A stretch of 64,000 bases of DNA from Thermodesulfobacteriota bacterium (GTDB lineage Bacteria > Desulfobacterota_D > UBA1144 > Nemesobacterales > UBA2774). The notes beneath the pieces were generated by a model. That model saw nothing but the letters and a program-made list of their open reading frames with translations. It was not told the DNA's origin and did no database searches. A program made the position numbers and the translations under genes. Numbering within the stretch: position 1 is the first letter of the stretch; every line of letters starts with the position of its first letter. The stretch lies in NCBI GenBank assembly GCA_965216785.1, contig OZ244197.1, forward strand, positions 288,001 to 352,000, read 5' to 3'. Shown piece after piece: positions 50,713 through 58,954 of the stretch.

Positions 50713-52053
50713 ATGACTAAATATGCGATTATCATAATAAGCGCGCTTTGCTCAGTGGCTCTATACCAATTCGCGCCTATTGATAAGAACGTTTTGAAAG
50801 GGCTTTCGATACTGCTGTTCATAGCTGCCCTATGGCTGACCGAAGCCCTTCCGATTACGGTCACAGCGCTGATAGTGCCGGTGCTGGCTGTTATAACGGG
50901 TATTTTCAACGTTAAAGAGGCTCTGAGCTACTTCGCGCACCCGATAATATTCTTGTTCCTCGGAGGTTTCGGACTGGCGGCGGCCTTGCACAAGTACAGC
51001 TTGGACGAGCTTTTCGCCGGCTATATAATGAAAGCCGCCGGCACGAAAATGCTGTACTCGATACTAGGGCTATTCGTATCAACCGCGGTTCTGAGCATGT
51101 GGATAAGCAACACGGCGACGACCGCTATAATGCTTCCCGTTGCTCTCGGACTTATAGCGAGCCTTAAAGAAAAGAACGCGGCGAACGAAACTTTCATTCT
51201 GCTCGGGGTCGCTTACTCGGCCAATATCGGCGGTATAGGAACCATAATAGGAAGCCCGCCGAATGCCATAACCGCAGCGAACCTGGGCCTTAGCTTCAGC
51301 GAATGGTTAAGTATCGGAATTCCAGCCGTATTGGTACTGTTCCCCGTGATGATAGTAGTACTCTATTTCAAATTAAGACCAAGGCTTCCGGAAGTAAGAA
51401 CGGTCCGTAAAACAACAGTGGAGCTAGTATTCAGTAATCCTAAGAGTTATAAGGTCGCGGCTATATTTGCAATCACCGTGCTACTGTGGTTATTTAGCAA
51501 ACCCCTCTCATCACTCTTGGGGATAGAAAAGAATTTTGACTCGCTTATCGCTGTGTTCGCGATAGTGTTACTTGTGCTTTTCAGAACTATCAGGTGGAAG
51601 GAGGTGGAGCGCTTTACGGACTGGGGGGTGCTGCTCTTATTTGGCGGGGGACTCGTGCTGAGCGGAGTATTGGGAGAGACGGGGGCGAGCAGATACCTTG
51701 CAGGGATAGTCGAATCCGGCATGTCCCACTACGGTCTATTACTTTTGCTCTTGGGTTCAGTAACACTAATGATTTTCTTGACGGAGTTTGCGAGTAACAC
51801 GGCGAGCGCGGCGATTATGGTACCTATATTTCTGACCCTCGGCCAAGAGCTTTCACTCGCCTCGCCTGATGTGCTGGCTCTGAGCGCGGGGATAGCGGCA
51901 TCATGCGCTTTTATGCTCCCGGTCGCGACACCGCCAAACGCGCTGGTTTTCGGAACGGAAAAGATAAAACAGCGGACAATGATAAAAACGGGCCTAGTAC
52001 TAAATATAATATCGGCGCTGATTATAGCCGTTATGGCCTATTTTATAATCTAA
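50713..52053 (+). CDS. DASS/SLC13 sodium:dicarboxylate symporter
   Basis: Two SNT motifs (WISNTAT, FASNTAS), GSPPN, PVATPPNA. Confidence 0.93.
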   Translation: MTKYAIIIISALCSVALYQFAPIDKNVLKGLSILLFIAALWLTEALPITVTALIVPVLAVITGIFNVKEALSYFAHPIIFLFLGGFGLAAALHKYSLDELFAGYIMKAAGTKMLYSILGLFVSTAVLSMWISNTATTAIMLPVALGLIASLKEKNAANETFILLGVAYSANIGGIGTIIGSPPNAITAANLGLSFSEWLSIGIPAVLVLFPVMIVVLYFKLRPRLPEVRTVRKTTVELVFSNPKSYKVAAIFAITVLLWLFSKPLSSLLGIEKNFDSLIAVFAIVLLVLFRTIRWKEVERFTDWGVLLLFGGGLVLSGVLGETGASRYLAGIVESGMSHYGLLLLLLGSVTLMIFLTEFASNTASAAIMVPIFLTLGQELSLASPDVLALSAGIAASCAFMLPVATPPNALVFGTEKIKQRTMIKTGLVLNIISALIIAVMAYFII

Positions 52054-52076
52054 ACAGCAGAGAATCAAAGAGTGCA

Positions 52077-52346
52077 TTACTGCTTGGTAAGCTTATGGGG
52101 ATTACGGTACGGGCATGAGCGGTCGCTGCACCTGTCGGGGATTATTTTCGTACCTTTCTACCATTAGTGAGCCGTGCAGTACTCACTGTTAGGCCTTGAG
52201 TCTACCCAGAAATTACATTCTTTTTCCCTGCACTTGTATACAGGGCCGAAGCGGCCCCTTACGGGATTTAATTCTCCCCATTTGCAATCAGGACATGTAA
52301 CCCCGGTTGGAGTCAGCTCTGTGAATTTACAATCTTCTTGTGCCAT
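52077..52346 (-). pseudogene. Topoisomerase-I-type C4 zinc-finger small protein, disrupted
   Basis: CPDC...GRFGPVYKC...C. After TAA and TAG the same frame continues KGTKIIPDRCSDRSCPYRNPHKL; an offset frame across the break reads GSLMVE. Confidence 0.65.
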
Positions 52347-52434
52347 TATCGAGACCGTCTCATAACATGATTTATCTTACTTATTGTATTATAGATGCGG
52401 CGGCACAAAATTGGTTTCGCATACTTGTCTGCAA

Positions 52435-53235
52435 CTACCAGCTTAGAGTGAACATCAACCCTGAAGACTGTCCGTCGGTAAAAGGCAAAACGGTAAATCT
52501 GTTTCCCTTTTTATTTTTGTGCACCTTGGCTACTCCCCTTCCGATGGCCGTGCCGAGCGCCGCGCCGAACAGTACGTCGGATAGAAAATGTTTGTTATCG
52601 GAGATTCGGGACAGCCCTACAAACCCGGCAAAAGCGTAGAGCGGGATACCGATTTTATGACCGTACATTGAATCTACGGTAGCGGCGAGAGCAAAGCTGC
52701 CTGATGTGTGACCCGAAGGAAACGACGAGGTAAAACGCGTGCCGCTGCCGTCAGGTCTCTCTCTACCTACTGTAAGCTTGAGCACACTTGTGCTGAAGGC
52801 TGTTAAAATATTCGCCTCAAAAAGAGCCTTTGCCGTCTCTATAAGTTTCTCATCGCCAGAGCTGGAACCTATTAAAAATAAAGCAGTATTGATACCGGCG
52901 AGTGTGAGTGCGTTTCCGCCTATATCACCGATATCACCGAATTTACCTAAAGAGTTATTCAGACTATCCTGGATTTCTCGGTCGGCATCTGTTTGGGAAA
53001 GCAGTAGAGACGCCCCCGTAGCAGTGCCTAAAATAGCGAGGTTCCAGCCCCTAAATGTATTACTCGCGCCGAGAAGTAGGTTTTTAGGAAGGGTCTGGGT
53101 TAAGTAAGTCTTATAATTTTCTTCTCCCGATTCTCCGTACTCAAGCTCCTCCGCTGAAGAACCCGGCAAGAGTAGAAAGATATATAGAGAAATTGCGATT
53201 AATAGCTTTACAATAAAATGCAGTGCTGTCTGCAC
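52435..53235 (-). CDS. PAP2-family phosphatase
   Basis: KLTVGRERP, SFPSGH, SRISDNKHFLSDV. The track start (53295) lies inside the promoter, so GTG at 53235 is preferred. Confidence 0.9.
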   Translation of the reverse strand: MQTALHFIVKLLIAISLYIFLLLPGSSAEELEYGESGEENYKTYLTQTLPKNLLLGASNTFRGWNLAILGTATGASLLLSQTDADREIQDSLNNSLGKFGDIGDIGGNALTLAGINTALFLIGSSSGDEKLIETAKALFEANILTAFSTSVLKLTVGRERPDGSGTRFTSSFPSGHTSGSFALAATVDSMYGHKIGIPLYAFAGFVGLSRISDNKHFLSDVLFGAALGTAIGRGVAKVHKNKKGNRFTVLPFTDGQSSGLMFTLSW

Positions 53236-53270
53236 TATATGATCTATAGTAGCCGCCCCCCTAGAGAACC

Positions 53271-53324
53271 AGAGTAAAGAGCCACTATTACACAATCATT
53301 ACGTGAAAATTACATTACTGTAAT
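53271..53324 (-). promoter_or_regulatory. Response-regulator box array plus -10 for the PAP2 gene
   Basis: Minus strand ATTAC-N6-GTAAT-N6-GTAAT-N6-GTAAT-N10-TACTCT. Confidence 0.75.
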
Positions 53325-53495
53325 ATTCAGGATATTTACCGTTAAATGATAGAATGAGGAATTATAATATAGTAGAATCATAATATATTAGGGTTAAGTA
53401 TCTTACTCCTATGCGTAAGTAATGACGGTAACTTAAGATTACTTTTTACAGCTGTAATTGAGATTCAACGATGGCGATGGGCTAGAGCGGGCTAA

Positions 53496-54785
53496 ATGAT
53501 GAAAATCAACTATAAGGTGCTTTCTATCATGACAGTCTTTATATTTTTACTCTTGCTTCCTACCGAATCCTACGGACAGGCGCGCAAAGCCCGTTCGGAA
53601 GGCTTTGACCCAAACGAACCCCCGGAGACAAGGTTTAAAATTGCCCCCTACCTTACGTTCGGAGCTCAGATTGAGGTTGAGTATAAGCTCGACAGGAACG
53701 TGGACCTGGACGGCTCTACAGATGAAGACCTTTCCACAATAGAGCCTGAAGTGAATCTTGCTTTCTCCTTTGATCCGTTCAGCTTCCTTCAGGTGTTCGC
53801 GAACTTTAAGCTCGGCTTGGAATTTGAGATAGAGGACGGCCGGAAACAAAAAGACCGCTCGGTGTTTGAAGTCGAGGAAGCCTATCTTTTTCTAAAAGAT
53901 TTATTTGATGACAGGTTTTCACTTCAAATCGGACGTCAGCAGTTTGATGACGAAAGACAGTGGCTTTATGACGCAGAGCTTGACGGGGTTAGAGCTTTTA
54001 TTTTGACTTATGGCGTTGTTACCCAGCTTTCCGTGAGCCGGGGCGGTCTCGTAAATAGGGATCTTTTGAGAGAGAGCGCCGGTGACAAGATAAATAACTA
54101 TATTGCTTATTCGACTTATTTCTTTAACGAGGATACAAACGTGGCGGCATACTTTGTGGCCCGTGATGATACCACGGGTGAGAACGACAGCCCTATATTT
54201 ATCGGGATTCACTCTGACGGAGAGGCTACTGACAGTCTGGATTACTGGATAGAGCTTGCCTATGTGACAGGGGAGGAAGGTACGAATAATTTAAGTGGGT
54301 TCGGGTTTGATATAGGTACGGTTTACGCTTTTGACACCTTGCTCGAGCCCTCAATTACGCTCGGATACGCGTTTGGGACCGAGGAATTCCGTCAGACGGG
54401 GCTTCAGAGTAACGAAGGGGATTTTAATGGTGTGGTTGATTTCCTTTATTACGGAGAGCTGTTTGACCCGGAGCTTAGCAATCTTTCTATATTGACAGGG
54501 GATGTAGGAATTCTTCCTACTGAGGAAACCTCTATTGACCTCGTATATCACTACTACTTTCAGACTGAGGCTTCGGATGAAATTAGGGAATCAACACTTG
54601 AAGCCGAGCCTGACGGAGTGAACAAGAGTCTTGGGAGCGAGATCGATCTGATACTCGGGTTCGAGCAGAAAAGTGAAAAAATCGCGGCTGCTTTATCTTT
54701 TGGATTCTTCTTTCCAGGAAGCGCTTTCCCTAATGACGCTGTGAACGCTTTTTCAACAAAACTTATTCTGTCGTATGAATTCTAG
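53496..54785 (+). CDS. Alginate-export (AlgE-like) outer membrane beta-barrel
   Basis: Signal peptide, EAYL, GRQQF.DERQWLYD.ELDG, FRQTGLQ.N, YYGELFDPELSNL, terminal YEF. Confidence 0.82.
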   Translation: MMKINYKVLSIMTVFIFLLLLPTESYGQARKARSEGFDPNEPPETRFKIAPYLTFGAQIEVEYKLDRNVDLDGSTDEDLSTIEPEVNLAFSFDPFSFLQVFANFKLGLEFEIEDGRKQKDRSVFEVEEAYLFLKDLFDDRFSLQIGRQQFDDERQWLYDAELDGVRAFILTYGVVTQLSVSRGGLVNRDLLRESAGDKINNYIAYSTYFFNEDTNVAAYFVARDDTTGENDSPIFIGIHSDGEATDSLDYWIELAYVTGEEGTNNLSGFGFDIGTVYAFDTLLEPSITLGYAFGTEEFRQTGLQSNEGDFNGVVDFLYYGELFDPELSNLSILTGDVGILPTEETSIDLVYHYYFQTEASDEIRESTLEAEPDGVNKSLGSEIDLILGFEQKSEKIAAALSFGFFFPGSAFPNDAVNAFSTKLILSYEF

Positions 54786-54842
54786 CGAAATAAGTTTAAG
54801 TAGGCTTGCGTATGAATAAAAAATGTGTAAGAAGGTTAAATT

Positions 54843-55517
54843 ATGCGGGTATTGGTTATAGAGGACGATAAAAAGATAGCCTCCTTTATTAATAAGGGCT
54901 TAAAACAGGCGGGATTTGCGGTAGACCACGCCGAAGATGGAGAGGAGGGTCTGAGCCTGGCGCTTCATGAGTCATACGACGCAGCAGTTGTAGACATCAT
55001 GCTTCCTAAGCTAGACGGGCTGAGCGTTATAGAAGAGCTGAGGAGAAGCAAGGTCAATACCCCCGTAATAATACTCAGCGCAAAACGCTCGGTGGACGAT
55101 AGGATCAGGGGGCTTGAAAGCGGGAGCGATGACTATCTTACAAAGCCGTTTTCGTTCTCAGAGCTTCTGGCACGCATATACGCACTTATCAGACGGGCGA
55201 GCGGGGCGGCTGAATCGACACGACTGAGCGTCGGCAGCCTTACGATGGACATACTCAACCGCGAAGTCATAAGAGATGATAAGAATATAAATCTGCAGCC
55301 GCGGGAATTCACCCTTCTCGAATACTTTATGCGGAGCGCCGGGCGGGTGCTTTCGAAGACCCTCATAATGGAGCACGTATATGATTATAACTTCGACCCG
55401 CAGACCAATGTCGTGGACGTGCTAGTTTGCAGGCTCCGTAACAAAGTGGACAAAGGATTTGAAAAGAAGATGATCCATACCATAAGAGGTGTTGGCTATG
55501 TTCTTAAAGAACCCTAA
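54843..55517 (+). CDS. OmpR-family response regulator (CusR/CopR-like)
   Basis: IEDD, DIMLP, DDYLTKPF, NVVDVLVCRLRNK, TIRGVGY. Confidence 0.95.
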   Translation: MRVLVIEDDKKIASFINKGLKQAGFAVDHAEDGEEGLSLALHESYDAAVVDIMLPKLDGLSVIEELRRSKVNTPVIILSAKRSVDDRIRGLESGSDDYLTKPFSFSELLARIYALIRRASGAAESTRLSVGSLTMDILNREVIRDDKNINLQPREFTLLEYFMRSAGRVLSKTLIMEHVYDYNFDPQTNVVDVLVCRLRNKVDKGFEKKMIHTIRGVGYVLKEP

Positions 55518-56883
55518 ACTGCTCTTTAAATCAAACAGCTTCAGGATGATAACGTGGTACACGGTGTTCTTTGTCCTGAGCTCCCTTATTGTAAACATCT
55601 ACGCATACTCGGTGATATCTAAATTTATATATGAGCAGAGTAGAGAGGAAGTAGGGGAGGATATAGAGGAGCTAAGGGATATATATCTGGAAAGCGGCAC
55701 TGAGGCGCTTCATACAGAAGTGTTTGAAGACGCGAACGACCCTTTCATAGTACGAATGGTCACAAAACAAGGGGATACGGCGCTGCTGAGAATCCCGCAA
55801 GATTGGGAGGGCGTTAACCTTGCGCAAATGGATCAAACACTTTACTCCCAGTATACACAGTGGGCATATCTTACAGAAAGCGGGATGGAGGAGCGGATTG
55901 AGTTTGCGACTCTAGGAGTATCGGATGGCTCGATATTACAGATCGGACAAGAAATTGACGCAAGAGAAGACCTCTTGAGCCGTATACGCCGGGTATACCT
56001 CTTTTCTCTGATTCCTATCCTGGTCCTTGGCTATTTAGGCGGGCTGTTCGTAGCCGACCGTGCTCTTAACCCTGTCAGACAGCTCATATCTACGCTCAAT
56101 TCCATAGTGGAAAGCGGGAAAATGAACGTCAGGGTACCAGTGCCTGAGACCGATGAACTGTACAGAGAGCTGATATCGCTCTTTAACACTATGCTCAGTA
56201 AAATAGAGACCTTGGTTAACGGAATGAGGGGAGTGCTGGATAATGTTGCGCACGATTTGAGGACGCCGATGACAAGATTTAGAGGCACTGCCGAGGTAGC
56301 GCTCGCGTCAGAGCAAAATGGGGAGACGCTACGCGAGGCCCTGGTTGATTGCGTTGAGGAATCTGAGCGAATCTTAATAATGCTGAATACTCTGATGGAC
56401 GTCTCGGAAGCGGAGACGGGAGCCATGAAGCTTAACCCAGAAAAGATGAACGTGACTCCGCTTATTGAAGACATAGTAGACCTCTACGACTATGTTGCTG
56501 AGGAAAAAGGCGTTACTGTCAAAACCGGCTTCCCGGAAGAGATTTATCTCACAGCCGACCGTAACCGTTTGCGCCAGGTGCTGGCAAACCTGCTTGATAA
56601 CGCCATTAAGTACACACCTGCCGGAGGGAGAGTAGACGTCGAAGCCAGCCGGGAAGACAAAGAAGTAAAAATCACGATAAAAGACACCGGGGTCGGCATA
56701 TCCGACAAAGAGCTCGACAACATTTGGGACAGGCTTTACCGGGGCGATAAAAGCAGGACTCAAAGAGGGCTCGGCCTCGGGCTTAGCCTGGTCAAAGCTA
56801 TCGTCGGGGCTCACAGGGGATACGTCGAGGTCCTGAGCAAGCCCGGCTCGGGCTCGGTATTTTCAGTACACTTGCCTGCGTAA
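55498..56883 (+). CDS. Sensor histidine kinase (two TM, HAMP, HisKA, HATPase)
   Basis: AHDLRTP, NLLDNAIKY, DTGVG, GLGLGL; overlaps the regulator stop codon. Confidence 0.95.
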   Translation: MFLKNPKLLFKSNSFRMITWYTVFFVLSSLIVNIYAYSVISKFIYEQSREEVGEDIEELRDIYLESGTEALHTEVFEDANDPFIVRMVTKQGDTALLRIPQDWEGVNLAQMDQTLYSQYTQWAYLTESGMEERIEFATLGVSDGSILQIGQEIDAREDLLSRIRRVYLFSLIPILVLGYLGGLFVADRALNPVRQLISTLNSIVESGKMNVRVPVPETDELYRELISLFNTMLSKIETLVNGMRGVLDNVAHDLRTPMTRFRGTAEVALASEQNGETLREALVDCVEESERILIMLNTLMDVSEAETGAMKLNPEKMNVTPLIEDIVDLYDYVAEEKGVTVKTGFPEEIYLTADRNRLRQVLANLLDNAIKYTPAGGRVDVEASREDKEVKITIKDTGVGISDKELDNIWDRLYRGDKSRTQRGLGLGLSLVKAIVGAHRGYVEVLSKPGSGSVFSVHLPA

Positions 56884-56924
56884 AGTAGCCTTTCAGATTG
56901 TTTCTACTATCTCCACCCTGAATT

Positions 56925-56978
56925 ATTTCAAAACCGTAATGTTAGGGAAATATTCCCGTAATCCTCTCCTGATAGTCT
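56925..56978 (+). promoter_or_regulatory. Response-regulator box array plus extended -10
   Basis: ATTTC-N6-GTAAT-N6-GAAAT-N6-GTAAT-N10-TAGTCT, with TG before the -10. Confidence 0.75.
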
Positions 56979-57008
56979 GTATGTAAAATCTAAATCAGGA
57001 GGTGTTTT

Positions 57009-57815
57009 ATGAGACGTATAAAGGCGTTTGGGTTTATTTCCGACGGTTTTAGAATGCGGGGGCGTATCGGGTTATTTGCTCTACTTTTGGCGGCGGTATT
57101 CGTCATGGGTCTCTCAGGAACCGCTGAGGCATTTGAAGACGCCGAGGTTAGGATCGAGACAAATTCCACCGATGGAGACTCCGGACTTCAGCTCTTTTTT
57201 GACGGAGAGCCATGGAAGAGAACCATAGTCAGGGGACCTGACGGGCGTATCGTATTTTGGGTTACCAACCTAGGGAAGCTGAGGAGATTCGGCACTACCG
57301 AGAATTTTATGGAGAGTAACGAGCCTAACTACGAGGAAGAAATGACCCTGCCCGAGATCCTCGAGTTTTTACCCGCGGGTGAATATAAGTTCCACGGTAG
57401 AACTGTCGACAACGAAAAACTATTTGCTACAGCGACATTAACTCATGACTTACCGTGCGGACCCGTAGTTACCTCGCCTGTATCACCGGATCCGGAAGAA
57501 GACCCTGAGCTGGACCCGAGCATGCCGGTAATTTCGTGGGAGGCGGTAGTGAACAAGATCGATACGGAATCTGATTTCGGGGAGTGCGATGAAGCAGACT
57601 TTGATATTACTGTCACCGGTTACGAGGTCGTGGTAGAAAATGAGAGCACAGACCCCACGGAAACGTTCACTATAAAACTTCCGGCGGGAGTGCTTCAGGT
57701 AACGCTTCCTCCGGAATTTGTTATCCCCGGCGATGATTATAAATTCGAAATACTCGCGATCGAGGAAAGCGGGAATCAGACAATAACTGAAAGTAACTTT
57801 ACGGCTATTGAATAG
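57009..57815 (+). CDS. Secreted acidic hypothetical protein, C-terminal beta-sandwich (Fn3-like)
   Basis: AGGAGG RBS; signal peptide ending AEA; ETNSTDGDSG...DGEPW motif; ends ILAIEESGNQTITE. Confidence 0.85.
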   Translation: MRRIKAFGFISDGFRMRGRIGLFALLLAAVFVMGLSGTAEAFEDAEVRIETNSTDGDSGLQLFFDGEPWKRTIVRGPDGRIVFWVTNLGKLRRFGTTENFMESNEPNYEEEMTLPEILEFLPAGEYKFHGRTVDNEKLFATATLTHDLPCGPVVTSPVSPDPEEDPELDPSMPVISWEAVVNKIDTESDFGECDEADFDITVTGYEVVVENESTDPTETFTIKLPAGVLQVTLPPEFVIPGDDYKFEILAIEESGNQTITESNFTAIE

Positions 57816-57844
57816 CCAATAAATTGAATAGCCCCTTTAAGGGT

Positions 57845-57904
57845 AAAGGGACCTCTCTTAACAGTATTGTTGCTGGAAGGGCAGCGGAGGGAGAGGTCCC
57901 CTTT
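57845..57904 (+). terminator. Branched stem-loop after the 57009 gene (terminator or structured RNA)
   Basis: GGGACCTCTC/GAGAGGTCCC 10-bp stem enclosing two small hairpins; only a short T tail. Confidence 0.45.
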
Positions 57905-58056
57905 CATATTGATTGCCAGCCCTAATATCTAAATGCTTTTAAACACAGCCCACCTTCTCTCTCATTATATATTTACCACCCCGGCCACACCTTCCCCATC
58001 GGCCGGGGTGTATCCCCGAGAAAGAGGTTTGGATTGCGTATGAAATGTGCAGGTTC

Positions 58057-58110
58057 CTTTCCGTTTTGTAATGATTGTGAAAGATTCGCGTAATTCTAGT
58101 TTGCTATTCT
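58057..58110 (+). promoter_or_regulatory. Response-regulator box array plus extended -10
   Basis: CTTTC-N6-GTAAT-N6-GAAAG-N6-GTAAT-N10-TATTCT, with TG before the -10. Confidence 0.75.
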
Positions 58111-58145
58111 GCAATTAAATTCAAGTTTACAGAGGAGGTATTAGT

Positions 58146-58871
58146 ATGAAGCGTTTAATTAGCCTAACGGCTTTATTGGTAACTATATCTATTCTGTCCA
58201 TTGGCGGCTGCAGCAGCAGCGGGGGCGGGGGAGGTAACAACGGGGGATGTCCTGAAACAAACACGAGTATAGCTGTCTGTGACCCGGAGACCGGAGTGTT
58301 CTCATTAACCATAGATAACGGTTTCTTCCCCCTGGTCGTGGGCGATGAGCTGGTGCTCGAAGGCGAGGACGATGAAGGCACTTTCATTGAGATTATTATT
58401 ACAGTTCTTGATGAGACGGAAGTAGTTGCCGGGGTAACCACAAGGGTTGTGGAGGAAGCAGAATTCGAGGATGGAGAAATGGTCGAGGTCTCAAGGAATT
58501 TCTTCGCTCAGGCCCAGGACGGCACCGTTTGCTACTTCGGTGAAGACGTGGACGATTTTGAGGACGGGATGATAGTCGGGCACGAAGGGGCATGGCGTGC
58601 CGGAGAGGACGGGAACCTGCCGGGAATAATTATGCCGGGGAATCCACAGGTCGGCATGGTGTTTAGTCAGGAAGTAGCGCCCGGCATAGCCGAGGACCAG
58701 GCCGAGATACTGCTTTTCGGCGAGACTATTGACGTGCCTGCAGGAGAGTTCAGTGATACGCTTACCACACTTGATTGTAACCCGCAGGAGAACGGCTCTA
58801 CAGATGAAAAGGTTTACATAAGAGGAATCGGGCTTGCTATCGATGAAGATGCAGAGCTCGTATCCTTTTAG
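58146..58871 (+). CDS. Highly acidic lipoprotein of unknown function
   Basis: GAGGAGG RBS, lipobox IGGC, Ser/Gly linker; IDN.FFPL, FAQ..DG.V.YFGE, WRAG.DG..PGIIMP. Confidence 0.88.
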   Translation: MKRLISLTALLVTISILSIGGCSSSGGGGGNNGGCPETNTSIAVCDPETGVFSLTIDNGFFPLVVGDELVLEGEDDEGTFIEIIITVLDETEVVAGVTTRVVEEAEFEDGEMVEVSRNFFAQAQDGTVCYFGEDVDDFEDGMIVGHEGAWRAGEDGNLPGIIMPGNPQVGMVFSQEVAPGIAEDQAEILLFGETIDVPAGEFSDTLTTLDCNPQENGSTDEKVYIRGIGLAIDEDAELVSF

Positions 58872-58910
58872 ATTGACTATTAAAAACAATCATCACTCTA
58901 AACCTCTTAT

Positions 58911-58950
58911 TGGGCGGTGAGAACAGGTAAATCCCTGCATTCACCGCCCA
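58911..58950. terminator. Hairpin between convergent genes (likely bidirectional terminator)
   Basis: TGGGCGGTGA...TCACCGCCCA perfect 10-bp stem with inner CAGG/CCTG. Confidence 0.65.
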
Positions 58951-58954
58951 CTTT

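Noticed and set aside
52155-52170. In-frame TAA/TAG as stop-codon readthrough or an alternative genetic code
   Set aside because: Other genes end normally at TAA, TAG and TGA; a double frameshift explains the break better.
53400-53460. Fourth regulator array directly upstream of the AlgE-like gene
   Set aside because: Several GTAA/TTAC words occur but not at 11-bp pitch, so direct regulation of this gene is unproven.
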